From Limisphaerales bacterium (lineage in GTDB: Bacteria > Verrucomicrobiota > Verrucomicrobiia > Limisphaerales > SXQI01): DNA of 64,000 nucleotides. This document shows positions 45,765 through 55,113 of this stretch, piece after piece. The number at the start of each line of letters is the position of its first letter. Within the stretch, counting starts at the first letter, position 1. A program made the position numbers and the translations under genes. The stretch covers positions 24,438 to 88,437 of the forward strand of contig JBGAGW010000009.1 of the NCBI GenBank assembly GCA_044226545.1, written 5' to 3'. The notes below the pieces were generated by a model. The model worked only from the letters and a program-made list of their open reading frames with translations, was not told where the DNA came from and made no database searches.

Positions 45765-45953
45765 ATGCTGGTTAACCTGGATAAAGCCACTTGCATCGTG
45801 GTCGCCGGCTCGAAGGTGCAAGTGCAGTTTCAAGACACGAGCCTGCACGTTCGCAAATTCAGAAACCGCCGCGAGCTCCACGAGATTCTCGATGGATGGC
45901 ACATCCAGACGAGGGGTCTGCGCGGAGGAACCGAAGTCTCGCGCGGTCGCTAG
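45765..45953 (+). CDS. Small hypothetical protein
   Basis: 62 aa with protein-like composition in otherwise unassigned space. Confidence 0.35.
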   Translation: MLVNLDKATCIVVAGSKVQVQFQDTSLHVRKFRNRRELHEILDGWHIQTRGLRGGTEVSRGR

Positions 45954-46016
45954 AAGCGATTGAAGTTACCATCACGCTCTCGGGCCATCCTTGAAGTAAA
46001 ACGCCGAAAGCGCGTT

Positions 46017-46760
46017 TTAGTGGTGCGTTTCTGTTTCCGTCCAGCGGACCGCATGGCGGATTAATGCCGTGGAGTCGAGCAGTTCGAGCTTCTCTTTGAT
46101 GCGTGCGCGATGGACATCCACTGTTTTCGGGCTGAGATGCAGTTGATCCGCGATATCGCGCGTCCCCTTGCCGAAGCCAATCAACTGAAACACTTCAAAT
46201 TCGCGGTCGGTGAGTTTTTCGATGGGCGAGGTGGAGCGGCGCGAGCCGTTGCCCGTGACGTGGTCGAGGATCCTGGCCGACACCTGTTCGCTTACATAAA
46301 TTTGGCCGTTGAGTACGCGGCGGATGGCTCCCAGCAACTGCTCCCCGCCCGCCTCTTTCATGATGTAACCCCTTCCGCCCGCACGTAAGACCCGCTCTGC
46401 AAAGATCGCTTCGTCATGCATTGAGAGAATCAGGATAGGAAGGTTGGGCTGAATGGCGAGGATGTCCTTGATAAACTCAATACCGCCACGGCCTGGCATC
46501 GTTATGTCTGAAATCAGCAGGTCAGGACAGTTACGGGATATCAGCGTCATCGCCTGGGCCGGCCCGGCGGCTTCGCCAGCGACTTCGAGATCTGCCTGTT
46601 GATTGATCAGTTGAACGATGCCCGCGCGGGTCATGGGATGGTCGTCGACAACCATAACGCGGCCTCGCGCGTGGCCATTGGGCCTGACCGAGCGCGCGCC
46701 GTTAACGCGTATCTTAGCTTCCTGATCGAGACCCGTGTCGACTGAAATGTTCGTTTTCAT
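46017..46760 (-). CDS. NarL/LuxR family response regulator
   Basis: VVDDHP, DITMPG, LTDREFEVF, LSPKTVDVHR. Confidence 0.95.
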   Translation of the reverse strand: MKTNISVDTGLDQEAKIRVNGARSVRPNGHARGRVMVVDDHPMTRAGIVQLINQQADLEVAGEAAGPAQAMTLISRNCPDLLISDITMPGRGGIEFIKDILAIQPNLPILILSMHDEAIFAERVLRAGGRGYIMKEAGGEQLLGAIRRVLNGQIYVSEQVSARILDHVTGNGSRRSTSPIEKLTDREFEVFQLIGFGKGTRDIADQLHLSPKTVDVHRARIKEKLELLDSTALIRHAVRWTETETHH

Positions 46761-46777
46761 TGCAGGTCGGAGTTGAA

Positions 46778-47215
46778 TTATTCGAGCGCGGGGATGTGCA
46801 ATAACGTAAGGAACGCGCCGAGTTGTTGAATTACGGCCGAGAATTGATCGTAATCGATAGGCTTTACAATGTAGTTGCTGCAGCCGAGGAAATGACGTCG
46901 ATCCACTTCGTTGGGATCGTCAGTGGTGGTCAGCATTACAATCGGCAGACGGCGGGTGCGGGCATCGGCTTTGATCTCTTTGAGCACCTGCACCCCGTCC
47001 ACTTTCGGCATCCGAATGTCCAGCAAGAGAAGATATGAACCTTCGGAGGGTCTGCCTTTGCGTCCATCTCGCCGAAAGAGGTAATCGAGGATTTCCTGAC
47101 CGTTTTCGAATCGGAGGATCGAGTTTTGAACGCCGCTTCGCTGCAAATTCTTTTCGATGAGCCGGGCGTGGCCCGGGTCGTCTTCAGCGATCAGGATAGT
47201 GAGCGGCTTACTCAT
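46778..47215 (-). CDS. Single-domain response regulator (Rcp1-like)
   Basis: IAEDD, LLDIRMPKVDG, LTTTDD, YIVKP. Confidence 0.92.
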   Translation of the reverse strand: MSKPLTILIAEDDPGHARLIEKNLQRSGVQNSILRFENGQEILDYLFRRDGRKGRPSEGSYLLLLDIRMPKVDGVQVLKEIKADARTRRLPIVMLTTTDDPNEVDRRHFLGCSNYIVKPIDYDQFSAVIQQLGAFLTLLHIPALE

Positions 47216-47588
47216 GAGTAGCGGCTTCGCGATAGCTCGCATTGCGCCGAGCAGATGACCGATCGGCATCTGTCACTTTTTACAGGTCGTACCATGCCCT
47301 GTTTCTTATCCTCAGAATCAGGAGTCTGGCACTTGTCCATTCGTACGCACACTTATTTTTTGTAAGAGGTTTGGAGCGTGGCATTCTCCGTATCGGATTT
47401 CGGCTTAACGGAGCTGAAAGCGAGGATCTTTGAGGATTTCTTTAGATGAGGTAAAGAAATGCCGTACCCTGATCGGGTTGTTATTCTTAGCCTTCCACGC
47501 TTGGCTCCAGGTCACGACGTTAAAGGGGACAAGCGGCTCAAGCGTTCGTCGCCCTTGAGCCGGTCTGAAGTTTCGTGTGGTGCGTTGC

Positions 47589-50093
47589 CTATTCTGCGAT
47601 GACTCGGAAGAATTCCTGCTTCTGCACTCCGATAGTCGGTTGAAGTTTCCACGAGCCGCCCGGTGTGGAATTAGTTTCGATTGAACTCCATGTAGGTAAA
47701 GCAGCGGAGGATTGGAAGATCGCGCGGGTGCGATCTCCGGTGGTGGCGGTGATCACAAGTTTTCCATTGTTGACCTGGTGCGTGAGAATCGTTGGGTTGC
47801 GGTCGTAAACGGCGAAGTTGGGAACGGGGTACGTGCTGGGCGCTCTTCCTACGGTGCGGAACGATCCACCCACGAAAATGAAGGAGTCGGAAAGTGCGAT
47901 GACGCGAGGAGAACTTGGGGTTGCCGGATCCCAATCGTAAGTAAGGGCTGTCTCGGGATTCAGACACGCAAGATTTCTTCGGAAATCGCCACCGATCGAT
48001 TCGAATGCGCCGCCGTAATAGGCGATGGTTTCTGTAGCGGCAATGGCATTTATTCCGGTCGCGGCGGTGGGCAGCGCCGGATCAAACTGCATCAGGGTGT
48101 GTGCCGGGATTTCGTAGAGCGCGCTGTTGCGGAGTCCGACGCCATGAATAGTCGTAAAGGCGCCACCGACATAGAGGCGGTTCCCAACTGTGCAAAGAGC
48201 GGAGACATCGCGGTTCGGGGCGGGATTCCACGCGTCGACCTGAGCATTCGATTCGTTGATTGCCGCGAGTCGCGTGCGGCTTTGCCCGCCTACACTGTTG
48301 AAGTCGCCGCCGATATAGAGAAATCCGGAGGACCGCGCCAATTCAGTAACCCCGGCGGTTCCTCCAAGAATCTTGGCATCAAATGTGGAGGGATCTCCAG
48401 TAGCGGGGTCGATCTTGGCGAGCATACGAACGGCCTGGCTGCGAATATTCGAGAATTCTCCGCCAACGTACAAACGGTCCTCGCCAAAAAGGAGAGCCTT
48501 GATCTCGGCTGCCGCTGTCTTGTTTGTCGCAACGAATTTGAAGTCCGGGCGCAACGCTCCGGTGAGCGGATTCACCGCTACCAGGCCATTGGCGCTGACG
48601 CCGTTGACATTCGTAAAGGCTCCCGCGAGATAAATGTTCGTCGAGGAAGCGGTCATTGCGAGAACGGGCGAAGAGGGCGCTACGCTCCAGGGAAGAACCG
48701 CGCCGGATTGAAGCTGCAGAGCGGCCGCATTGGTCCGCGCCACGCCGCCCAGTGATTGGAAAGATCCGGCACACGCGAGACGGTTGCCGGCAAAAGCAAA
48801 GCAGGTCACGACCGCGTTGTCGCTCGCACCATTATAGAGCGTTCCAAGCGGCGCTTGATCCAGCACTTCCCCAGTCGCCGGATCAACGGCTGCGAGTAAG
48901 GGTTGGTCGTGACTTTGCAAGCGGCCAAAGTTGCCGGAGAGAAGAAGCGCATTATTTGCCATGTGGATAGCAAGGACCTGGCTGCCTGTTCCTTCGATTT
49001 TCAGGTCGAGCGGCAGGACGGAAGCCGTACTTCGACTCACCGCGGCAAACTTGTTTCGATTCTGAATCCCGAGGGAAGTGAAATCGCCGCCTAGGTAGAG
49101 GTTATCGTCCGCAATTTCCAGCGAGCGGACGTTTCCGTTCGGGTTCGGGTTCCAGGTCGTGGCTTGACCCGTGGAAGTTTCGAGAGCGGCGAGGCGATTG
49201 CGCGGCTTGGCGCCCACCGTGGTGAATTGGCCACCCACGTACAAAAGTTCGTCGGCCAGTCGCATGGCAAAAACAGCATTGTCTGCGTTCGGATTCCATG
49301 CGGTTGCTTTGCCGGTTTGGAGGTCGATGGCGGCGACACGGTTCCGGCCTGCCGAACCCACGGCCGTAAAACCGCCGCCCAGGTAAAGAATTTGACCATC
49401 AATCAGCAGGGCGTTTACGCGCCCGGTGACTTGCGGCAAAATGGGTTGGAGTGCGGCGTTCTCCGTGCTCAATGCCGCGATGCCAGACTGTGCTACGCCT
49501 CCAACCTTTGTGAACTGTCCGCCGATGAACAACAGGTCTCCCTGTCGGGCCAGTGCGTAAACGCCCGAACCAGTCAGGACCGGCGCGAAACTGCGATCAA
49601 CGGAAAGGTCAGAAAAAACATGCACGACGTAAGTTACCGGAACGTTCCCAATTTGCGTAAATTCGCCGCCGAGGAACCAACCACCCGATCCGTCCGGCTC
49701 CAGAACGTAAATAGTTCCATTCACGCGAGGAAAACGATTGAGGTAATCCCCGGTTGCGAGGTCGAATAGAGCCGCTGGACCGGTTTGTGGCCCTACATAG
49801 GAGAAGTCACCGCCCAGATAAACGGTGTCGTTCTGAATGGTAATGGCGTTAACGGGGCCGTCGGTAATCCAAAAATTATCGCGGGGAAAAGGCGAGGGCT
49901 GACCGTGAAGCGCGGCTGAACAGATGAAAAGCGCGGCAGCGACACACAGCAATTGGAGGAGGTGGGAGTGGAGGCGAAACGATTGTTGTCCTCCCTGAAC
50001 AAGGCAATTGATCCCATGAGACTCTAACGTTCTATTGCGCAGCATAAATCCTAGTCCTTTCAAACGGCGCTTTGCCGCTCGCTGTAGATTCAT
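47589..50093 (-). CDS. Secreted beta-propeller repeat protein (LYVGG.F repeats) with C-terminal FFR domain
   Basis: Many LYVGGxFT..G...R..LAA..WNP repeats; signal peptide ending ALHG; start uncertain. Confidence 0.87.
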   Translation of the reverse strand: MNLQRAAKRRLKGLGFMLRNRTLESHGINCLVQGGQQSFRLHSHLLQLLCVAAALFICSAALHGQPSPFPRDNFWITDGPVNAITIQNDTVYLGGDFSYVGPQTGPAALFDLATGDYLNRFPRVNGTIYVLEPDGSGGWFLGGEFTQIGNVPVTYVVHVFSDLSVDRSFAPVLTGSGVYALARQGDLLFIGGQFTKVGGVAQSGIAALSTENAALQPILPQVTGRVNALLIDGQILYLGGGFTAVGSAGRNRVAAIDLQTGKATAWNPNADNAVFAMRLADELLYVGGQFTTVGAKPRNRLAALETSTGQATTWNPNPNGNVRSLEIADDNLYLGGDFTSLGIQNRNKFAAVSRSTASVLPLDLKIEGTGSQVLAIHMANNALLLSGNFGRLQSHDQPLLAAVDPATGEVLDQAPLGTLYNGASDNAVVTCFAFAGNRLACAGSFQSLGGVARTNAAALQLQSGAVLPWSVAPSSPVLAMTASSTNIYLAGAFTNVNGVSANGLVAVNPLTGALRPDFKFVATNKTAAAEIKALLFGEDRLYVGGEFSNIRSQAVRMLAKIDPATGDPSTFDAKILGGTAGVTELARSSGFLYIGGDFNSVGGQSRTRLAAINESNAQVDAWNPAPNRDVSALCTVGNRLYVGGAFTTIHGVGLRNSALYEIPAHTLMQFDPALPTAATGINAIAATETIAYYGGAFESIGGDFRRNLACLNPETALTYDWDPATPSSPRVIALSDSFIFVGGSFRTVGRAPSTYPVPNFAVYDRNPTILTHQVNNGKLVITATTGDRTRAIFQSSAALPTWSSIETNSTPGGSWKLQPTIGVQKQEFFRVIAE

Positions 50094-50740
50094 TTATCAC
50101 CAGGCTCCGGGTGCGCGCTCGGCGATGATTGCTTAACGCTACACATAAGTTGGCTTGAATGATCGAGGCCCCGGAAGCCAACAGGAATGCTACGGGTGTC
50201 AATGTCTTTATGACGACTAAATAAATTCCGTACACTGCTTGCGCATTTTGCCTAATTCCGCCTTGCCTAAAACGTTGTCAGACTGAAACAAGATTTAATC
50301 GTGACGCTAAGCTAATAGCTCTCGCTCTATACGTTGAGAGTGGGTGGGGGGGGCTGTCTTATAGTTGGCAGACTCCCTTGCGTGTGTGTACATTAATAAA
50401 ATAGGGCTGTATCTATTAGGCTAGCATCTGTTGTGTTATGTGCAGTAATTGCTATCTAGAACGCAATATCCGGTGGCAATAACAAACGTAAGCAATTTTG
50501 ACAGAACTAAAGATATGTCATTTATAAATAAAAATGAGTGGCGGGATGTTTAATAGCGTTAGTTGTGCCCTCGCAAGTGCTTACGCGATTTTGGAATGTT
50601 ATGTTCAGGACTTGGCTCGGCGGCTGCTTTTCTGTGGTGGGGTGATAAAGTCCCGGTCTCGCTGTGATGAAATGGGATTCGCAAAAGATTACGAGGTCAC
50701 CCTCAAGAGCAAGTAACAATTCAAACATACGGTTAAATAT

Positions 50741-51451
50741 ATGAGAAATCGGAAGAACCTAATGGCCTCCAGCGGAGGAAAACGCCTGTTGGCGGTGACG
50801 ATTGGTGCATTGACCCTCTCGGCGGCGCAGGTCGCGAAGGCAGAGCTCGTTGTCTACCAGGATCTGCCCACCAACGATTCCCAGAAGCAATCGTTTCATA
50901 ATGCAAACGGCCCGATTTTGGCGGACGATTTCGTTCCAAGCCAGGGCGGCTTCATTTCACGTGTTGATTGGTGGGGCACAGCCGCCCAATCCGATCAATG
51001 GGAGTTGGCCTTCCATACTGATGATCCGAACACGCATCAACCGAATCTCGACGACGTAACGATTGGCTCTTTGAAAAAGGTGTTCGTTACCGCGGTTGGG
51101 ACTGCCGAACCCGGCTTGCCAGCGGGCCTGTTGCATTACAGTGCCACGGGTGACTTTATCAACGTGGCTGGCGGGACCGAGTACTGGCTCACAGTAGCGA
51201 ACAGTGCGGCGGGTTGGAATTGGGCGGACGCGCTCAATGGCCCTACCATCGGAAGCGAGAATTACAACGCGCATACCGCTACCGGACCTTTGGCTCTCGA
51301 TGGCGGGCCTCACGGCGGTCCTTGGACGGACGTTCACACGGATCTGGCTTTTAGTCTGTCGGTCCCGGACGGCGGGATGACTGCCGCATTGCTGGCGCTG
51401 GCTCTGGGCTCGATGAGCTTTCTGCCTATCCGAAAAATGAGTGCCCGTTAG
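50741..51451 (+). CDS. VPDSG-CTERM (PEP-CTERM variant) exosortase substrate
   Basis: Signal peptide; C-terminal VPDGG + TM + basic tail (IRKMSAR). Confidence 0.88.
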   Translation: MRNRKNLMASSGGKRLLAVTIGALTLSAAQVAKAELVVYQDLPTNDSQKQSFHNANGPILADDFVPSQGGFISRVDWWGTAAQSDQWELAFHTDDPNTHQPNLDDVTIGSLKKVFVTAVGTAEPGLPAGLLHYSATGDFINVAGGTEYWLTVANSAAGWNWADALNGPTIGSENYNAHTATGPLALDGGPHGGPWTDVHTDLAFSLSVPDGGMTAALLALALGSMSFLPIRKMSAR

Positions 51452-51772
51452 AAGATACAGGCGATTCGCCTTTATCTCACGAATAGCGAGAGCGCCAAGG
51501 GGCGGATTTTGCATCCCTTGGCGCTGAATCTCGCTAGAGAGGGCTCCGATAAGACTTTATCTTCGCCGCGGAAGGGCAAGTTTATTTACAGAGGATTCTT
51601 AACAGCCCAATTCTAACAACCGCTAGCCGGTTGAAGAATTGATCGTTAAAGAGCGGGCCCGGAGAGGCGGTGGAGGGATAGTTTCCTCACCCTCCACCGC
51701 TATTGCCAGTTCCCACTCACATGAGTGTGCAGGCAGTGAGCAATGAGGTCCCGCCGTGTCAGGCAGGCAATT

Positions 51773-52213
51773 TCAAGCAGAGGGATTTCCTTCGCGAAGC
51801 AGTGGCGGAAGAGTAATCTGCATACTCCGTCCAGAGGTCGGCGACAGCGGTGTTGACCGGAACACATTCCTGACAAGCGTCACGAGATCCTCCAACTCGA
51901 ACGGTTTTTGGACCCAGGCGCTTAGACGCATCCATTCATAGTCGTGAGCGGCAAAATGGTTTGTACTTCCCGAGGTTACGATAACGGGCAGATCGGAACC
52001 GTCCAAGCGCAGCCGGGCGACAAGCTCCAGACCGGTTAAGCGCGGCATATCATTATCCGTGATCAAAAGATCGAACGGGGAGAGTCTCGCTGCGTCGAGT
52101 GCCGCCTGGCCATCACCGACAGGAAGAACAAAGTAGCCGACGGCTCGAAGAGTCCGGACGGACGTTTCGCGCAACGGCTCATTGTCTTCCGCGTAGAGAA
52201 TTTTCTTCGTCAT
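51773..52213 (-). CDS. Single-domain response regulator
   Basis: YAEDN, LITDNDMP, QKPF. Confidence 0.9.
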   Translation of the reverse strand: MTKKILYAEDNEPLRETSVRTLRAVGYFVLPVGDGQAALDAARLSPFDLLITDNDMPRLTGLELVARLRLDGSDLPVIVTSGSTNHFAAHDYEWMRLSAWVQKPFELEDLVTLVRNVFRSTPLSPTSGRSMQITLPPLLREGNPSA

Positions 52214-52243
52214 ATCATCGCAGTGTGTGATTTCAGGAGTAGG

Positions 52244-52684
52244 TTACCGACTTCTCGCCAGCAGTCCGGGAGTGATTCCATGCGCCTGTTTAAATGCGCG
52301 CGAGAAGTGCGAGAGCTGCTTAAAGCCGAGATGGTAGGCCGCACTTTTGACCGACTCTCCCGCGCATATGAGTCGATACGCTTCGACCAGTCGAATCTGA
52401 TTTAGCCAGAGGCTAAGAGTTGTCCGATACGTTTGGCGGAAGCGACGCTGCAAAGTTCGCAGTGAGACATTACAAAGCCGGGCAATTCGGGCTGGTCGAT
52501 ATCCGGCCTGGCAGGGCAGCTTCTCCCAGGACAGCTCGACTGGCGATGCAACGGCGCCTTGAGAAGAGCCGGAGGGTAGAAGGATTGCATAATGAAGGGG
52601 AGCTGTCAGGTGGCTGATTTGCTCCGGCCACGGAGTTGCAAGATTGGCTCGCGCGCTGATTTGCATTCCGGGGATAATGCACAT
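52244..52684 (-). CDS. Stand-alone AraC-type HTH regulator
   Basis: VSLRTLQRRF, LGFKQLSHFSRAFK..G.TP; start uncertain. Confidence 0.85.
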   Translation of the reverse strand: MCIIPGMQISARANLATPWPEQISHLTAPLHYAILLPSGSSQGAVASPVELSWEKLPCQAGYRPARIARLCNVSLRTLQRRFRQTYRTTLSLWLNQIRLVEAYRLICAGESVKSAAYHLGFKQLSHFSRAFKQAHGITPGLLARSR

Positions 52685-52919
52685 GCTCGACGGTCAGTGC
52701 ATTAGGAATTGGCGCGTATTGCCACTAAGTGAAATCTTTAGGGCCTCGTTAATTCGGAATGCGCTTCGCTGGGCCTGCATCTATGAACACTCCGTTTGTT
52801 GGCGAACGAAGATCGAAGCGAGGAACGTTCGAAGGCCAAACCGATGATGATGCCAATGTATTTGGCACGGTCACCGAGAATGCGGTCTCTCGCCGCGTTT
52901 AAATGAAACGGGCATTAAA

Positions 52920-53864
52920 TCATGGGCTGAAAACAGCGGGCGCCTCCGTTATGATCACTCTGTAGAATTTTCGTGGTTCGCCTGGATAAATTGCGTCCGT
53001 TTGGCAGAGAATGCCGCCATCTCCCTTGAAGAGGTTCGTGACGACTGGGACCCAAGTGTCAGAGGTGAGTGCCGAAAGGTATTGGAATTGATACCATGGA
53101 CCAGGCACTGTTTTAAAGCAAAGTTCAACCTGGGAAACACGGATGCCTAGAACTGGCGAAGGAATGACCGCGCCGGATTCGATCGCGTAAACGTTTTGCA
53201 CCTCCGTCGCGGTTAAAGCTCGATTATAAATCCTAACCTGGTCAATCCGTCCATGGAATGGCCGCCCCCAGAGAGGACTGAAACCGATCGTAAACGGCGC
53301 GGAGTTCTCGCCGAGGATGCATTGGATCGGAAAGCTCACTTCGTTCGTGCCGTTGATATATAGGTCCATAGTCTCTGCCCCTTTATAGATCGCGGCGACG
53401 TGATACCACACCTCGCTTTGTAGGATGGTCGTTGAACCGGGATAACCGCCGCCCCCGGCACCCCCGCAGGGATAAAATCGCACGCGATTGTCCGTCTCGA
53501 CCTCAAGGTCGTAATCGTTAGCCCCCGCAGATCGGCGTGCGATGTAGTTGTTTCCGGTGGCGGAGGGCAGCGCATCCAATCGGATCCAAGCCATGAGCGT
53601 GCTTTGCTCGCGCTGATAAAGGCTGTTCGCGATTTCGACGTAGCCGCCGGAACCGTCGAATAAAAAGGCCTGACCTGCGGCGCCGGACGCGTAAGTCACG
53701 TTTCCTCGCAGGGTCCCGTTATTTGTGCTCGCCGAGTCCGCGGCATTCCCTTCCGCGGCCCACAGGCCAATCAGTCCTGGAGGTTCGCTGACCTGAGCTT
53801 CGGAGCGAACGGAAACCGTGAGCACCACAAACAGGGCTGCGCCGAGAGAGCGAAGGTTGATCAT
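52920..53864 (-). CDS. Secreted LamG-like protein with C-terminal FYR domain
   Basis: WYHVAA, LYING, F.G.ID.VRIYNRAL; signal peptide. Confidence 0.9.
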   Translation of the reverse strand: MINLRSLGAALFVVLTVSVRSEAQVSEPPGLIGLWAAEGNAADSASTNNGTLRGNVTYASGAAGQAFLFDGSGGYVEIANSLYQREQSTLMAWIRLDALPSATGNNYIARRSAGANDYDLEVETDNRVRFYPCGGAGGGGYPGSTTILQSEVWYHVAAIYKGAETMDLYINGTNEVSFPIQCILGENSAPFTIGFSPLWGRPFHGRIDQVRIYNRALTATEVQNVYAIESGAVIPSPVLGIRVSQVELCFKTVPGPWYQFQYLSALTSDTWVPVVTNLFKGDGGILCQTDAIYPGEPRKFYRVIITEAPAVFSP

Positions 53865-53867
53865 ACT

Positions 53868-54242
53868 CTAACTCCTTTCCTTCACGGTGAGATCGCGGAA
53901 GAAATCGACAATGGTGTGATGCTTCAGATCCCGGAATTCTCCCGCATCGAAGAACGACCCGCCGCAAACGGTGCAATGCTCGAACCAGATGTGTGGCTGG
54001 TTGAGATTGACCATGCGAATCATCCGGCTGCGGCAGCGCGGGCATTCAATTCGATCAATTCGATTGAAAGCTCGCCCAACGCGGCGATCTCCCGTATCAA
54101 TTGCGTCCGATCCGCTGATCCTTTCTAATTCCTCTTTTTCGAATTCATCGAAGAAAAGTCCGTGGCAGGCGGTGCAACGATCGACGTCGACGTCCGCAAA
54201 TTCAACCGAGACCATGGGGGAGTTGCATTTTGGACAGTTCAT
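53868..54242 (-). CDS. Double zf-TFIIB-like zinc-ribbon protein
   Basis: CPKC..M..D.C..C.G.F.D..E twice. Confidence 0.9.
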   Translation of the reverse strand: MNCPKCNSPMVSVEFADVDVDRCTACHGLFFDEFEKEELERISGSDAIDTGDRRVGRAFNRIDRIECPRCRSRMIRMVNLNQPHIWFEHCTVCGGSFFDAGEFRDLKHHTIVDFFRDLTVKERS

Positions 54243-54246
54243 ACAT

Positions 54247-54885
54247 TTATCCTTTTCTGGATTTGCTGGTCGTGGCCTGGCGTGAAGATGAGGAAGTTGG
54301 GATCGAAACCTCTCTTATCGTTTCATCTCCGGGGACCGGGATCCCCGCTTCCTCTTCTGGTTCCTCCAATGTTCGTCGTCCCTCTCTTCGAACCGAACCG
54401 AGAGTCCCAAGCTGTACGCCCCGGACCTGTTTACGTGCTTCGAGTTGAGCTTCGGCTGCGGCAGCAAAGCGAGTCCAGGGAACAGCGCGCAAGCGAACCG
54501 GCGAGATCGGTTCGCCGGTGAGTTCGCATTTCCCGTACGTTCCGTGGGCGATGCGGCATAGCGCCTGATCGACTTCATACAATGCGTCCTGTTCCGCGGA
54601 CAGTTCAGCCAGCGCGAGGTCATGCTCGATTTCATCGCTGGCCGAATCGGCGAGGCTCATGCTATGTGGCTCGACCTTTTCGGCGGCCTCGGCGCGCCGC
54701 TCTTTACGCTCGTCGAATAACCTATCGCGCAAAGTCAAAAGAGTTTTGTAGTGCCAGGCCCATTTTGGATGAGGGCTGCGAAAGGAATCGTCCTTTGACT
54801 CAGGCGGGAGTAGATTACTGCGCTCCGCGGCTGGTCGAATACCAGGCCCCGGTCTTTTCCCCGCTCCCTTAGTGATGCTTTTCAT
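54247..54885 (-). CDS. DksA/TraR family protein with degenerate zinc finger
   Basis: SLADSASD tip; AL.RI..GTYGKCELTGEPI...RL.AVPWTRF. Confidence 0.88.
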   Translation of the reverse strand: MKSITKGAGKRPGPGIRPAAERSNLLPPESKDDSFRSPHPKWAWHYKTLLTLRDRLFDERKERRAEAAEKVEPHSMSLADSASDEIEHDLALAELSAEQDALYEVDQALCRIAHGTYGKCELTGEPISPVRLRAVPWTRFAAAAEAQLEARKQVRGVQLGTLGSVRREGRRTLEEPEEEAGIPVPGDETIREVSIPTSSSSRQATTSKSRKG

Positions 54886-55113
54886 CTGGCGCTCCTTTCG
54901 ACAAAGCTTTGGCTCTCGTCATAAGCTCCCATGGCAGCACAGGCGTTCCTCTTCATCTTTTGTGAAAGATTAACCGGCGCTTGTGGGTCCCAAAGTTACA
55001 AGGAACATGTCTTTTTCCGCTGCTTAAACAAGGGTGGTGCCAAAAAGCGCAATATCGGACAGGCGAAGCCGGCTCGGATCGATGCAGATTTAGGATCAAG
55101 ACGGAGCAGCTAT

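Noticed and set aside
47712-48755. Long antisense ORFs (also 274-1149, 10203-11129, 36613-37638)
   Set aside because: They are shadows of well-supported genes in GC-rich DNA and have no recognisable motifs.
50534-50716. 60-aa ORF upstream of the VPDGG-CTERM gene
   Set aside because: No RBS or motif and atypical composition; unsupported.
51667-51700. GC hairpin GCGGTGGAGGG/CCCTCCACCGC as a riboswitch or ncRNA
   Set aside because: It lies between convergent genes with no aptamer consensus recognised; more likely termination or stability related.
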